DNA of 64,000 nucleotides from the NCBI GenBank assembly GCA_963674945.2, contig CAXXWQ010000004.1, positions 2,880,001 through 2,944,000 of the forward strand. The letters run 5' to 3'. Positions within the stretch are counted from its first letter, which is position 1. Each line of letters opens with the position of its first letter. Of the stretch, positions 9,437 through 18,661 are shown piece after piece. Origin of the DNA: an uncultured Desulfosarcina sp. GTDB lineage: Bacteria; Desulfobacterota; Desulfobacteria; Desulfobacterales; Desulfosarcinaceae. A model generated the notes under the pieces. That model was not told the DNA's origin, did not search any database, and saw only the letters and a list, made by a program, of their open reading frames with translations. The position numbers and the translations under genes were made by a program.

Positions 9437-10101
9437 TGCACCAACTCCTCTCTTATGCTTTTTCGAGGACCGCCATCTCTCGCCGACTGCCAGTCTTTCG
9501 CCGACCGTATTATTCTAAGGTCGTCCAGACGCCCCTGTTCCATTTTCTTTTTAACGATGGTGTCCCATATACATTCGACGTCCTTGGCGATTTCACATTT
9601 TCCACCGGCACTGCCACCGCATGGGCCATGTTGAAGGCTTTTGGAACAGCGAGCGATGGGACACAGACCATCGTAATAATGGATGATACAGGTTCCGCAG
9701 CCGGCACAACGTTCTTCCCAGATGCCGTGGGTCACTGCGCCGCCGAAAAACTTGGTGTTCACCATGGGAAAAAACTTCTGACCGGGATAGGCCTCGGAGA
9801 GAAACTGAGGACCAACGCCGCAGGCCATGGACAGGACGGCATCATACTGGTCATAGATGTCCCGGATCTGCTCTATGTATTCGGGATCACATTGTCGTTC
9901 AATGGTCTTCTCATCGATAACGATGGGATTGCCTTCTTTCTTTCGGGCTATTTTCAGGGTAGCGGCCAGAATGCCGACCTCTTTGGCACCGCCGACATTG
10001 CAGACGGTCACACACCCTTTACATCCCAACAGAAGAACTTTTTGGTACGCCTTTATCATTTCTATTATCTCTTCTAACGGTTTTCGGTCCGCAACTATCA
10101 T
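9433..10101 (-). CDS. metV: MTHFR small Fe-S/Zn subunit (MetV-like)
   Basis: GCKGCVTVC, ERQC, ACGVG, CAGCGTC, CPIARCSK, GPCGG; ATGA overlap with metF. Confidence 0.88.
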   Translation of the reverse strand: MIVADRKPLEEIIEMIKAYQKVLLLGCKGCVTVCNVGGAKEVGILAATLKIARKKEGNPIVIDEKTIERQCDPEYIEQIRDIYDQYDAVLSMACGVGPQFLSEAYPGQKFFPMVNTKFFGGAVTHGIWEERCAGCGTCIIHYYDGLCPIARCSKSLQHGPCGGSAGGKCEIAKDVECIWDTIVKKKMEQGRLDDLRIIRSAKDWQSARDGGPRKSIREELVQ

Positions 10102-10154
10102 AATTTCACCTCTTGCGGCTTCCCATGCGGTGTTGCCAGCCGGAAAGACCGTGG

Positions 10155-10568
10155 TTAAGATGTTACCGGAGATGGTCCCAGCGACCTGATTTTTTCGGTC
10201 ATTTCGGTTGCGATTTCCGCAAACCGCGGGCCCTGTGCAGAAGAAAGATTGTACATTTGCACCCGTTCCGGCTCAATGCCCAGCTCTTCGAGGGTTCGCT
10301 GGACGTACTCGACTTTCCTTCTTGTCTTGAGATTTCCTTCCAGGAAATGACACTCACCTTCCAGTCAACCGGCCACGTAAACGCCGTCGGCGCCATTTTC
10401 GAATGCGGTTAATAGATGAAGGATGTCCACCCTGCCGCTGCACGGCACTTGAATCACTTTTACATTGCTTGGGTAATTCAAGCGCATGGAGCCCGCCAGG
10501 TCGGCGGCTGCATAGGCACAATACTTACAACAGTACGCCAGGATCTGGGGTTCAAAGGTATCATTCAT
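10155..10568 (-). CDS. mvhD: MvhD/FlpD-family iron-sulfur subunit, probable selenoprotein (Sec at codon 68, TGA 10365-10367), 137 aa
   Basis: CCKYCAYAAADLAG, PCSGRV, GADGVYVAG-TGA-LEGECHFLEGN...LGIEPERV...LGPSP, ending at TAA 10155-10157. Confidence 0.92.
10332..10348 (-). promoter_or_regulatory. SECIS-like hairpin
   Basis: mRNA AUUUCCU-GGA-AGGAAAU; 16 nt lie between the in-frame UGA and the stem; G-first loop. Confidence 0.7.
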
Positions 10569-10604
10569 GGCTTCTCTCCGATAAAAATTGAATTTTCATT
10601 GCTT

Positions 10605-10673
10605 AGGCGAAGGACTGAAGAGGTAACGACACCGATCACAGTTCAATTCATGTTGCCTTTCAGCCTTTTACCT
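10605..10673. repeat. imperfect intergenic inverted repeat
   Basis: AGGCGAAGGACTGAAGAGGTAAC versus the reverse complement of the right arm, AGGTAAAAGGCTGAAAGGCAAC. Confidence 0.5.
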
Positions 10674-10761
10674 ATCCCCCTTTCTTCTATATACCTGTTA
10701 TCATTGGGCGCCCGGAAGTTCTCAGGCTGCCGGTAATACTGGCGCCCTTTTTCTCAAATGA

Positions 10762-13700
10762 TCAGGCGGCTGCCTCTTTTTTCTTTTGGAAAAGGGCAGC
10801 CGTTTTTGCTATGAGCTGTTCATCGGTAAAATGTTTGAGCTGAATCGCCTTTCCCGGACATTCGGCCACACAGCAGCCACAACCATGACACTCGGCCGGC
10901 TCGATCACGGCGTGACCCTCTTCGCCGATGTAAGGGATGTTGTAAGGACAGGTACGCACACAGGTAACGCAAACGGCGCACTTGTCCGGATCCACCTCCG
11001 CCACGACACCACCGACCATTATCGCTTCTCTGGAGAGGATGGTCATGGCCCTGGAGACCGATGCCCTGGCTTGGGCGATACTTTCTTCAAGGGGTTTGGG
11101 GTAATGAGCCAAACCGGCCATGAAGATGCCCTCGGAACCAAAGTCCACAGGTCTGAGCTTGGCATGGGCTTCCACCAGGAAACCTTCGGCGTTGATGGGC
11201 ACCTTGAAGAGCTCGAAAAGATCTTTGTTCTCATTGGGAAGTATTGCCGTCGCCAGGACAAGTAAATCCGGATTGAGCTCCACCGGCATCTGAAGAACAT
11301 GATCACGAACTTTCAAGGTGAGAGTTCCGTCTTCGGACGCACTCACATCGGGCATGTTGTTTTCCAGATTGTAGCGCATGAAAATAACGCCTTCTTCTCT
11401 GGCTTTTTTGTAGAGATCTTCACGGAAACCGTAAGAGCGGATATCTCGATACAGGACATAAATGTTCGTGTCGGGATTGCTCTCTTTCAGGCGAAGTGCA
11501 CTCTTCAGCGTGTGGGTGCAGCACAGGCGGCTGCAGTACTGCCGCTCGGGGATTCGTGACCCGACACACTGGATAAAGGTGACACATTCGGCCTTGGCAA
11601 TCCGTTCGTCATCTGCCGCCATGGCCGCATCCATATCGAAGTGGGTCAGCACATTTGAATTCTGACCATATAAATACTCGGTGGGTATATACTCCTTTCC
11701 GCCGGTGGCGATGATCGTGGCACCGTGCTCTATAACGGTCTCTGTCAGCGTTTCACCGGAAGTCATCAAAGTAGAGGTAAAATTCCCCATGATACCGGTT
11801 GTTTCGACGGGTTCGGTATTCATGAAGACACGAATGTTCTCGTGGCTGCGCGCCTTGTCGATCAGCGATTCCAGGTAGGGCTTCACCGCCTCGCCCTGCC
11901 AGGTCGCCATAAGATGGTGCGCGACACCACCGAGTTTTTTGCTTCGTTCGACGAGGAAGACCGGAAGACCTTGATCGGCGACCCCGATGGCCGCTTCCAG
12001 CCCGGCAACACCGCCACCCACCACCAGTACTTTCTGTACCACCTCCAAACGGACCTGATGAAGCGGTTCGATGTAGGCGGCCTTGGCCACCGCCATTCGC
12101 ACCAGATCCTTTGCCTTTGCCGTCGCCCGATCCGGGTTGTTCATGTGAACCCATGTGTTCTGATCCCGGATGTTGGCCATCTCGAACAAGTACTTATTCA
12201 GACCCGCGTCGCGAATGGTTTCCTGGAACAGGGGTTCATGGGTACGCGGACTGCAGGATGCCACGATCACCCGGTTGATATTGTTTTCCTTGATCACCTC
12301 TTTCATCTTATCCTGTGTATCCTGGCTGCAGGTAAAGAGGTTGTCTTCCACATGCACAACGTAAGGCAGGGTCCGCGCATACTCTCTCACCGCCGGCACA
12401 TCGGCTACGCCGCCGATGTTGATGCCGCAGTTGCAGACGAAAACGCCGATGCGCGGCTCCTGGCCGGAGAAGTCGATTTCCGGTGGCAGCTCCTTGGTCC
12501 GGATGAGCGTTCCCCGCGCCTTCGCCAGCGGCCCGGTGGCCGTGGATGCCGCGGCCGAGGCTTCCATTACCGACTGCGGGATATCCTTTGGCTCCTGGAA
12601 GGCCCCGCAGACAAACACGCCGGGCCGGCTGGATGAAACCGGTTCGAGGGTTTTGGTTGCGGCATGCAAATGTTCGTTCAGGTCGATCCCTATGGTTTTG
12701 GCCAGGTCGATCGACTCTTTGTTGGGCGCCAGACCCACGGCCAGCACGACCATATCAAAATCTTCTTCCTTTATTTCTCCCTCTTCGGTCACGTATCGCA
12801 AGCGCAGGTTGTCGTCCTTGACCGGATCGATGGTATGCACCTTGGAACGGATGAATCGTACGCCCTTTTCCTCTTTTGTACGAACGTAGTACTTTTCAAA
12901 ATCTTTACCATACGTCCGCATATCCATGAAAAAGACCGCCGTATCCAGTGGTTTTTCACTGTGCTCCTTTGCGATGACTGTCTGTTTGTTGGTGTACATA
13001 CAGCACACCGATGAACAATAACCGTGATCCGAGCAATTGATATCCCGCGAGCCGACACATTGAAGCCATGCAATTTTGTCCGGCTCCTTGTGATCCGAGG
13101 GCCTCACCAGGTGCCCTTCAAAGGGTCCGGAAGCACTGAGAATTCTCTCAAACTCGAGACTGGTCACAACATTGGGGTGACTCGCATAAGAATAGGTCTT
13201 ATGGGCTGTAGGATCAAACGGCGTGAAGCCCGGCGCCAGAATGATGGCGCCCACGTTGATCTCCTTGTGCTCTGCCACCATATCGTGATTCACCGCATTT
13301 GCCAGGCATGCATCCACACACTGGTAGCACTCGCTGCAAAGTCCGCACTTGAGACAACGCTCAGCTTCAGCCTTGGCCTCCTCCTCATTGTAACCGAATG
13401 AAACCTCTAAAAAATTACACTCTCTCGCTTCGGGGTCCAGACAGCGGACGACGGTTCTCTTCTTATTCTCTTCGTCTTCCACATCAGGTCTGACATACTC
13501 CCAGTTTTTCTCGCGTCCTTCCGCAAGATCCTGACCGTTAATGAAGCGATGAATGCTCTCGGCCGCCTCCTTGCCGCAGGCCACTGCATCCACCACCGAT
13601 TTTGGACCGTAGACGGCATCACCACCTGCAAAGACCCAATCGATCGGCGTCTGTAGCGTAACCGGATCCGCCTCCAATCCACCGGGACGGGAAATGGCGA

Positions 13701-15234
13701 TGCCCTGCTCTTTGATACCGGCAAGGTTGGTGCTCTGGCCGATGGCGACGATGACGGTGTCGCCGAAAAAGGGCTGGCACTCCTTCTCATCGTAAGATGG
13801 GTTGAATCGACCGTTTTCATCGAAAACCGCCGTACATGTCTTGAATTCGATTCCGGATACCCGCTGATTCTTGTCGATGAAAAACGATTTGGGACCGAAG
13901 CTGTTGACGATTTTGATTTCGCTCTCCAAAGCCTCTTGGATCTCGTGTTCCCAGGCGGGCATCTCTTCGCGTTTTTCCAGGCAAATGAGGGTAACGTTCT
14001 TTGCCCCTTTGCGCTTTGCGGTGAGGGCAACGTCGATGGCAACATTGCCGCCGCCGACCACGATCACATCCTCGCCCAGATCGAAATCCTTGCCCATGGC
14101 CGCATCGCGCAAAAAGTCGACGCCCTGCAGTACGCCTTCCGTGTCTTCATTTTCCACGCCCAGCTTCCGGCCCCCGTGGAGGCCGATGGCCATGAAACAG
14201 GCATGATAGCCGTCGGTCTTGAGGCTTTCCAGGGTCACGTCCGAACCGAACGTCACGCCACACTTGATCTCACCGCCCATCTGGCGCACCACATTGATCT
14301 CGCCGGCCAGGATATCCCTGGGCAATCGATATTCGGGAATACCGTACCGCATCATACCACCGGGTTCAGGCATTTTTTCGAAGATGGTGACACCATATCC
14401 TTGTTGAAGAAGATAATAAGCCGCCGTAACACCCGCCGGTCCTGATCCGACAATGGCTATTTTCTCTTGTCTCTTCTCTGCCATTATTTCCGGAATGTAG
14501 TACTCTCCGCTTTGTTTTTCGGTATCGGCGAGAAAACGGTGGAGCTCTCGAATGGCCAGCGGTTGATCTACGTCTTTGCGGGTACATTCACCTTCACAGG
14601 GATGATGGCAAACGCGCCCGCAGACACCGGGAAAGGGGTGATCCTGCTTGAAGAGCTTCAGCGCCTCTTTGTAACGCCCGTCGTTGATCAGGGCGATATA
14701 TCCCTGAATACTCACGTGAGCCGGACAGGTCGCTTTACAGGGGGCGGTGCCGCGCTTTTCGATGGCATAGGCCGATGGCATCCCCTGGGGATAGAGCTTG
14801 TAGGCTGCTTTGCGGTCGCGAAGCCCTTCATCGAACAAATTCGGTGTTTCGATGGGGCAAGCCTTGGCGCACTCCCCACAGGCCGTACACTTGTCCATTT
14901 CGATGTAGCGGGCGTTCTGACGCAGCTTGACAGTGAAATTACCCACGTCGCCGCTTACCGCCTCGATCTCGGTCAGCGTCATCAAATCAATGTTCAGGTG
15001 CCGCCCGCACTCCACCAGTTTGGGAGAGATGATGCACATGGAACAGTCGTTGGTGGGAAAGGTTTTGTCCAACTGGGCCATGACGCCGCCGATAGCCGAT
15101 TTCGTCTCTGTCATATGGACGAAATAGCCCGAATCCGCCAGATCCAGGGCCGCCTGTATACCTGCAATACCGCCGCCAACGACCAACACGCTACCGACGA
15201 TATCCTTTTCTTGGGTGTTGTCTTTTTCTGCCAT
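10762..15234 (-). CDS. hdrA: large HdrA-like (HdrL-type) flavoprotein, 1490 aa: two HdrA modules with an inserted GltD/NfnB-like pyridine nucleotide module
   Basis: GGGIAG, LDKTFPTNDCSMC; insert PCKATCP, CGRVCHHPCEGEC, GSGPAG, GGGNVAID; two QCVGSR/YCSxxCC motifs; VFVCNCG, CSPRTHE; ferredoxin motifs. Confidence 0.92.
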   Translation of the reverse strand: MAEKDNTQEKDIVGSVLVVGGGIAGIQAALDLADSGYFVHMTETKSAIGGVMAQLDKTFPTNDCSMCIISPKLVECGRHLNIDLMTLTEIEAVSGDVGNFTVKLRQNARYIEMDKCTACGECAKACPIETPNLFDEGLRDRKAAYKLYPQGMPSAYAIEKRGTAPCKATCPAHVSIQGYIALINDGRYKEALKLFKQDHPFPGVCGRVCHHPCEGECTRKDVDQPLAIRELHRFLADTEKQSGEYYIPEIMAEKRQEKIAIVGSGPAGVTAAYYLLQQGYGVTIFEKMPEPGGMMRYGIPEYRLPRDILAGEINVVRQMGGEIKCGVTFGSDVTLESLKTDGYHACFMAIGLHGGRKLGVENEDTEGVLQGVDFLRDAAMGKDFDLGEDVIVVGGGNVAIDVALTAKRKGAKNVTLICLEKREEMPAWEHEIQEALESEIKIVNSFGPKSFFIDKNQRVSGIEFKTCTAVFDENGRFNPSYDEKECQPFFGDTVIVAIGQSTNLAGIKEQGIAISRPGGLEADPVTLQTPIDWVFAGGDAVYGPKSVVDAVACGKEAAESIHRFINGQDLAEGREKNWEYVRPDVEDEENKKRTVVRCLDPEARECNFLEVSFGYNEEEAKAEAERCLKCGLCSECYQCVDACLANAVNHDMVAEHKEINVGAIILAPGFTPFDPTAHKTYSYASHPNVVTSLEFERILSASGPFEGHLVRPSDHKEPDKIAWLQCVGSRDINCSDHGYCSSVCCMYTNKQTVIAKEHSEKPLDTAVFFMDMRTYGKDFEKYYVRTKEEKGVRFIRSKVHTIDPVKDDNLRLRYVTEEGEIKEEDFDMVVLAVGLAPNKESIDLAKTIGIDLNEHLHAATKTLEPVSSSRPGVFVCGAFQEPKDIPQSVMEASAAASTATGPLAKARGTLIRTKELPPEIDFSGQEPRIGVFVCNCGINIGGVADVPAVREYARTLPYVVHVEDNLFTCSQDTQDKMKEVIKENNINRVIVASCSPRTHEPLFQETIRDAGLNKYLFEMANIRDQNTWVHMNNPDRATAKAKDLVRMAVAKAAYIEPLHQVRLEVVQKVLVVGGGVAGLEAAIGVADQGLPVFLVERSKKLGGVAHHLMATWQGEAVKPYLESLIDKARSHENIRVFMNTEPVETTGIMGNFTSTLMTSGETLTETVIEHGATIIATGGKEYIPTEYLYGQNSNVLTHFDMDAAMAADDERIAKAECVTFIQCVGSRIPERQYCSRLCCTHTLKSALRLKESNPDTNIYVLYRDIRSYGFREDLYKKAREEGVIFMRYNLENNMPDVSASEDGTLTLKVRDHVLQMPVELNPDLLVLATAILPNENKDLFELFKVPINAEGFLVEAHAKLRPVDFGSEGIFMAGLAHYPKPLEESIAQARASVSRAMTILSREAIMVGGVVAEVDPDKCAVCVTCVRTCPYNIPYIGEEGHAVIEPAECHGCGCCVAECPGKAIQLKHFTDEQLIAKTAALFQKKKEAAA

Positions 15235-15291
15235 TCCCTGTTCCTCACATATTTTTTGTAATCGGGGGGTAATCGTTTCGCCTGCCGGCCA

Positions 15292-16158
15292 TCAGATCAT
15301 ATCCATCAGCTTTTGCAGCTTGTCCTCCCATCCCATTGCGGAAATGAGGACTCCGGCAAAACCGGCCTCTTCCACCGCTGAAATGACTTGTCTTGCGATG
15401 GATAGGCTCTCCGTGACCTTGTCCGGCGCCCGCATGATCCGCTGGATCAGTTCCTGGGAGATATTCATTTTCATATGCCTGGCCAGATAACGGGCCATGC
15501 CGACGGATTTGAGCAGCATGACGGTGGGAACGATGCGGTTTTTTTTCAGGTCCACCTTCTCCATGAAAGGGGCAATGTCATCCATGTCAAAGACAGGGGG
15601 CGCAATAAAGAAATCCACGCCAGCCTCGGCCTTTTGGGCCATACGATCCAGCTCTTTCTCCAATTCATCCATAGCGGCATTCGCATTGACCGTGGCGCCA
15701 ACCAGGAACGATGGGGATCCATTCAGTTCGTTACCGGCCAAATCCTTTCCGGCCTGCAGGGTCGAAACGGCCTTAAATAGCGTCATCAGATCGATATCGT
15801 GGACCGCCTTGGTTTCGTAATGGTCCCCAATACTTGGATCTTCTCCGGAAACCCCCATGATGTTGATGATCCCTGCGCCGTAGGCTGCCAACAGATCCGC
15901 CTGAAGGGCAATTCGGTTACGATCCCGACAATTGATCTGCATCACGGTCTCCAACCCGTTGCTTTGGAGGATCATTGCCCCTCCCAACGCACTCATGCGC
16001 ATGACGGCATTGCCCATCTCCGGCACAAGGAAGGCGTCAACCGTACTTTTTACACGTATTGCGCTGTTGACCATCGCCGAGACGTCAACTCCCTTTGGAG
16101 GCTGCATCTCCGCGAGGATGGTGAATTTGCCGACATCCATTTTGTTTTTTAAATGCAT
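15292..16158 (-). CDS. divergent MetF-family paralog
   Basis: EMQPPKG, CRDRN, GDH, KAEAGVDFF; GD changed to GE and TQ changed to PP. Confidence 0.85.
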   Translation of the reverse strand: MHLKNKMDVGKFTILAEMQPPKGVDVSAMVNSAIRVKSTVDAFLVPEMGNAVMRMSALGGAMILQSNGLETVMQINCRDRNRIALQADLLAAYGAGIINIMGVSGEDPSIGDHYETKAVHDIDLMTLFKAVSTLQAGKDLAGNELNGSPSFLVGATVNANAAMDELEKELDRMAQKAEAGVDFFIAPPVFDMDDIAPFMEKVDLKKNRIVPTVMLLKSVGMARYLARHMKMNISQELIQRIMRAPDKVTESLSIARQVISAVEEAGFAGVLISAMGWEDKLQKLMDMI

Positions 16159-16325
16159 AAGCCAATCCCCTTATGGTTGCTGCGGAAAACGAAAGGAAAA
16201 TAGTATATGGAAAGACGAGAGAACGTCGGTTCTGTATCTGAAAAGGCACCGATTACCTTTTCGAAAAAGCATGGCCAGAATCGGTATGATAGCAAAAATT
16301 GATCTCTTCTTTGCCATTATGGGAT

Positions 16326-16341
16326 AGCAATGCCCGTGCCA
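16326..16341 (-). promoter_or_regulatory. sigma-54 -24/-12 promoter of the metF'-hdr-mvhD-metVF operon
   Basis: TGGCACGGGCATTGCT, consensus match. Confidence 0.85.
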
Positions 16342-16451
16342 TTCCCGCACCGATGCCTGAGCTATCCACTTTAGCCAAATATATCAATTAGATAGAGACA
16401 AACCATCGGCCCGTTTCAAACGATTGGGGAAGTAAAAAATCCATGGACAAG

Positions 16452-16539
16452 TATGCCAAATTGGCATATAAAAAGAATAAAACCATAGAAAAATAGGGCG
16501 TTGCCCATATCGTCCATTTTGGACTGGTCCAAAATGGCA
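16452..16539. promoter_or_regulatory. candidate enhancer sites (three CCA-N3-TGG dyads)
   Basis: TATGCCAA-A-TTGGCATA (16452-16468); CCATTTTGGAC-TG-GTCCAAAATGG (16514-16537). Confidence 0.6.
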
Positions 16540-16556
16540 CACCCAGCGGGGCAGAC

Positions 16557-17930
16557 ATGAAAAGCAATATCGTTGTCGTGGACGATGATCGGGACTATCT
16601 GGAGGTTTTGGGAAGAAAACTTGCGCAGATCGGCCACAAGCAGGTCCGTCTGGAAGAAAGCGCCGTAAAGCTGGCAAAGGATGTAAAGGCTGGGCAAACC
16701 TATGACCTGGTGCTCATCGATATGACGATGCCGGAAATGGACGGAATGGCCTTGCTGGAAACCATCAAATCCTTCTCTCCCGCCACCGAATGCATCATGG
16801 TGACAGCCATCAACGAGGCGCGCGTCGCTGTGGAATGTTTGAACAAAGGGGCCTACGACTACCTGGTGAAACCCGTTGCCACCGAGGATCTATCCCTGTC
16901 CATCAAACGAACCCTGGAGCGAAAACGACTCTTGGACCTGTTGGACCTGGAAAAACGGGACGACCTTCCCACCCTGGAAAACGAAGCTCCTTTTCGGCCC
17001 ATCGTCACGCAATCCAAAAAGGTGCTGCGCATTCTAAAGGAGGCGGAGCTGCACGCTACCAGTTCGGTTCCCGTATTGATCACCGGAGAAAGTGGCACCG
17101 GCAAGGAGCTGTTGGCACGGGCCATTCATGGTGCCAGCCCCCGTTCCCAGTGCCCCTTTACACCGATCAACATGGCGTCGCTCACCAGCTCCCTTTTCGA
17201 AGCGGAGTTTTTCGGTCACACCAAGGGAGCTTTCACCGGGGCGGAAAGCGGCCGCGTCGGGTATCTGGAGTACACCAATGGGGGAACGTTGTTCTTGGAC
17301 GAAATCGGAGACCTGCCACTTCCGCTTCAGGGAAAGCTGTTGCGCGTTTTTCAGGACGGCGAATTCTCCAAACTCGGATCCAGTGCCCGGCAAAAGGTGG
17401 ACCTTCGCTTCATCGCTGCCACAAACGAGAACCTGGAGCAGATGATGTCCCAAAAACGCTTCCGCAAGGATCTCTACTACCGAATTCGGGGCGGCTGGCT
17501 TCACCTTCCCCCCCTTCGGGAGCGGCCCGAAGACATCTTTCTCCTGGCAAAAAAATTTTTGGAAAAGTACTACGACGTGCGTAAAGATGGTTTTATCGAA
17601 AAGAGCACCCTGGATCTGCTGCTTCGTTATCCTTACCCCGGTAACATACGTGAACTCAAGTCCATCCTGCAATCCGCCGTCAATCTGGCCAGGGGGGAAA
17701 CAATCCGGGACGCCCACCTGCCAACCCACATAACGGCGACATTGAAAGATTGTGTCGAAGAGGAGAAAGCGTTTGGGGCGGATGCCATCAAACCCCTGAT
17801 CGAGGTGGAAAAAGAGCACATTTTACATGCATACAAGCACACCGGCGAAAACAAATCCAAGACGGCAAGGCTCTTGGGCATCGGCCTCAACACCCTGCGC
17901 CGCAAACTGGCCGTATATGGTGTGGTGTAG
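16557..17930 (+). CDS. NtrC-family sigma-54 response regulator
   Basis: Receiver domain, GESGTGKE, GAFTGA, DLYYR, Fis HTH. Confidence 0.94.
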   Translation: MKSNIVVVDDDRDYLEVLGRKLAQIGHKQVRLEESAVKLAKDVKAGQTYDLVLIDMTMPEMDGMALLETIKSFSPATECIMVTAINEARVAVECLNKGAYDYLVKPVATEDLSLSIKRTLERKRLLDLLDLEKRDDLPTLENEAPFRPIVTQSKKVLRILKEAELHATSSVPVLITGESGTGKELLARAIHGASPRSQCPFTPINMASLTSSLFEAEFFGHTKGAFTGAESGRVGYLEYTNGGTLFLDEIGDLPLPLQGKLLRVFQDGEFSKLGSSARQKVDLRFIAATNENLEQMMSQKRFRKDLYYRIRGGWLHLPPLRERPEDIFLLAKKFLEKYYDVRKDGFIEKSTLDLLLRYPYPGNIRELKSILQSAVNLARGETIRDAHLPTHITATLKDCVEEEKAFGADAIKPLIEVEKEHILHAYKHTGENKSKTARLLGIGLNTLRRKLAVYGVV

Positions 17931-18023
17931 GACAAGGTAAGAGATAAAACAAAAGACAGGTTTTGCCTTTTCCGTTTTGTTCCATGGATCTGGATGGAGA
18001 CTATCTAAGGAGACGGAGATCGA

Positions 18024-18575
18024 ATGAACATTAACACAAACCAACGCAACCGAATCGACGAAATCCTTCACGCCAATGGTTATACCGACTATAAATGGAT
18101 CGACCCGAAAAAAATTATCGTGGGCCAGTGGGTGCGCTTGAAGTGTATGTTCGGCTGCGTCGAATACGGTCGCAGTGGCGCCTGCCCGCCCAACACGCCC
18201 ACGGTGTCCGAATGTGAGCGCTTTTTCAAAGAGTACGACGATGCCATTATTATGCACTTCGAAGGCAAAATGGACAAACCCGAAGACCGTCACGCCTGGA
18301 GCGCAAAAATCAACGCCCGCCTGGTCAAGCTCGAACGGGCCGTCTTTTTGGCCGGTTACCACCGCGCCTTTCAACTCTTCATGGATTCGTGCTGTTTTTG
18401 TAAAACCTGTTCGGGCAGCCGGGAAACCTGCGAACAACCCCGCATGGCCCGACCCGCCCCCGAAGCCATGGCCGTGGATGTTTATGAGACCGTCCGTCAA
18501 TTCGGGTTCGAAATCAATGTGAAAACAGACTATGACCAAAAAATGGACCGATTTGCGTTTTTGATGGTTCAATAG
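18024..18575 (+). CDS. DUF2284-type predicted metal-binding protein
   Basis: WVRLKCMFGC, CPP, CCFCKTC, RPAPEAMAVDV. Confidence 0.8.
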   Translation: MNINTNQRNRIDEILHANGYTDYKWIDPKKIIVGQWVRLKCMFGCVEYGRSGACPPNTPTVSECERFFKEYDDAIIMHFEGKMDKPEDRHAWSAKINARLVKLERAVFLAGYHRAFQLFMDSCCFCKTCSGSRETCEQPRMARPAPEAMAVDVYETVRQFGFEINVKTDYDQKMDRFAFLMVQ

Positions 18576-18661
18576 GGAAAACCGCGAAAACATCTGGCAC
18601 ACCGAATTGCGGACAGGGGGTTGCAAAGCGAGTTCGTCTCTGAACGTGATGGCTTTTTTCT

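Noticed and set aside
18595..18610. TGGCAC...TTGC sigma-54-like motif
   Set aside because: GG-GC spacing is 11, not 10, and no + strand gene follows
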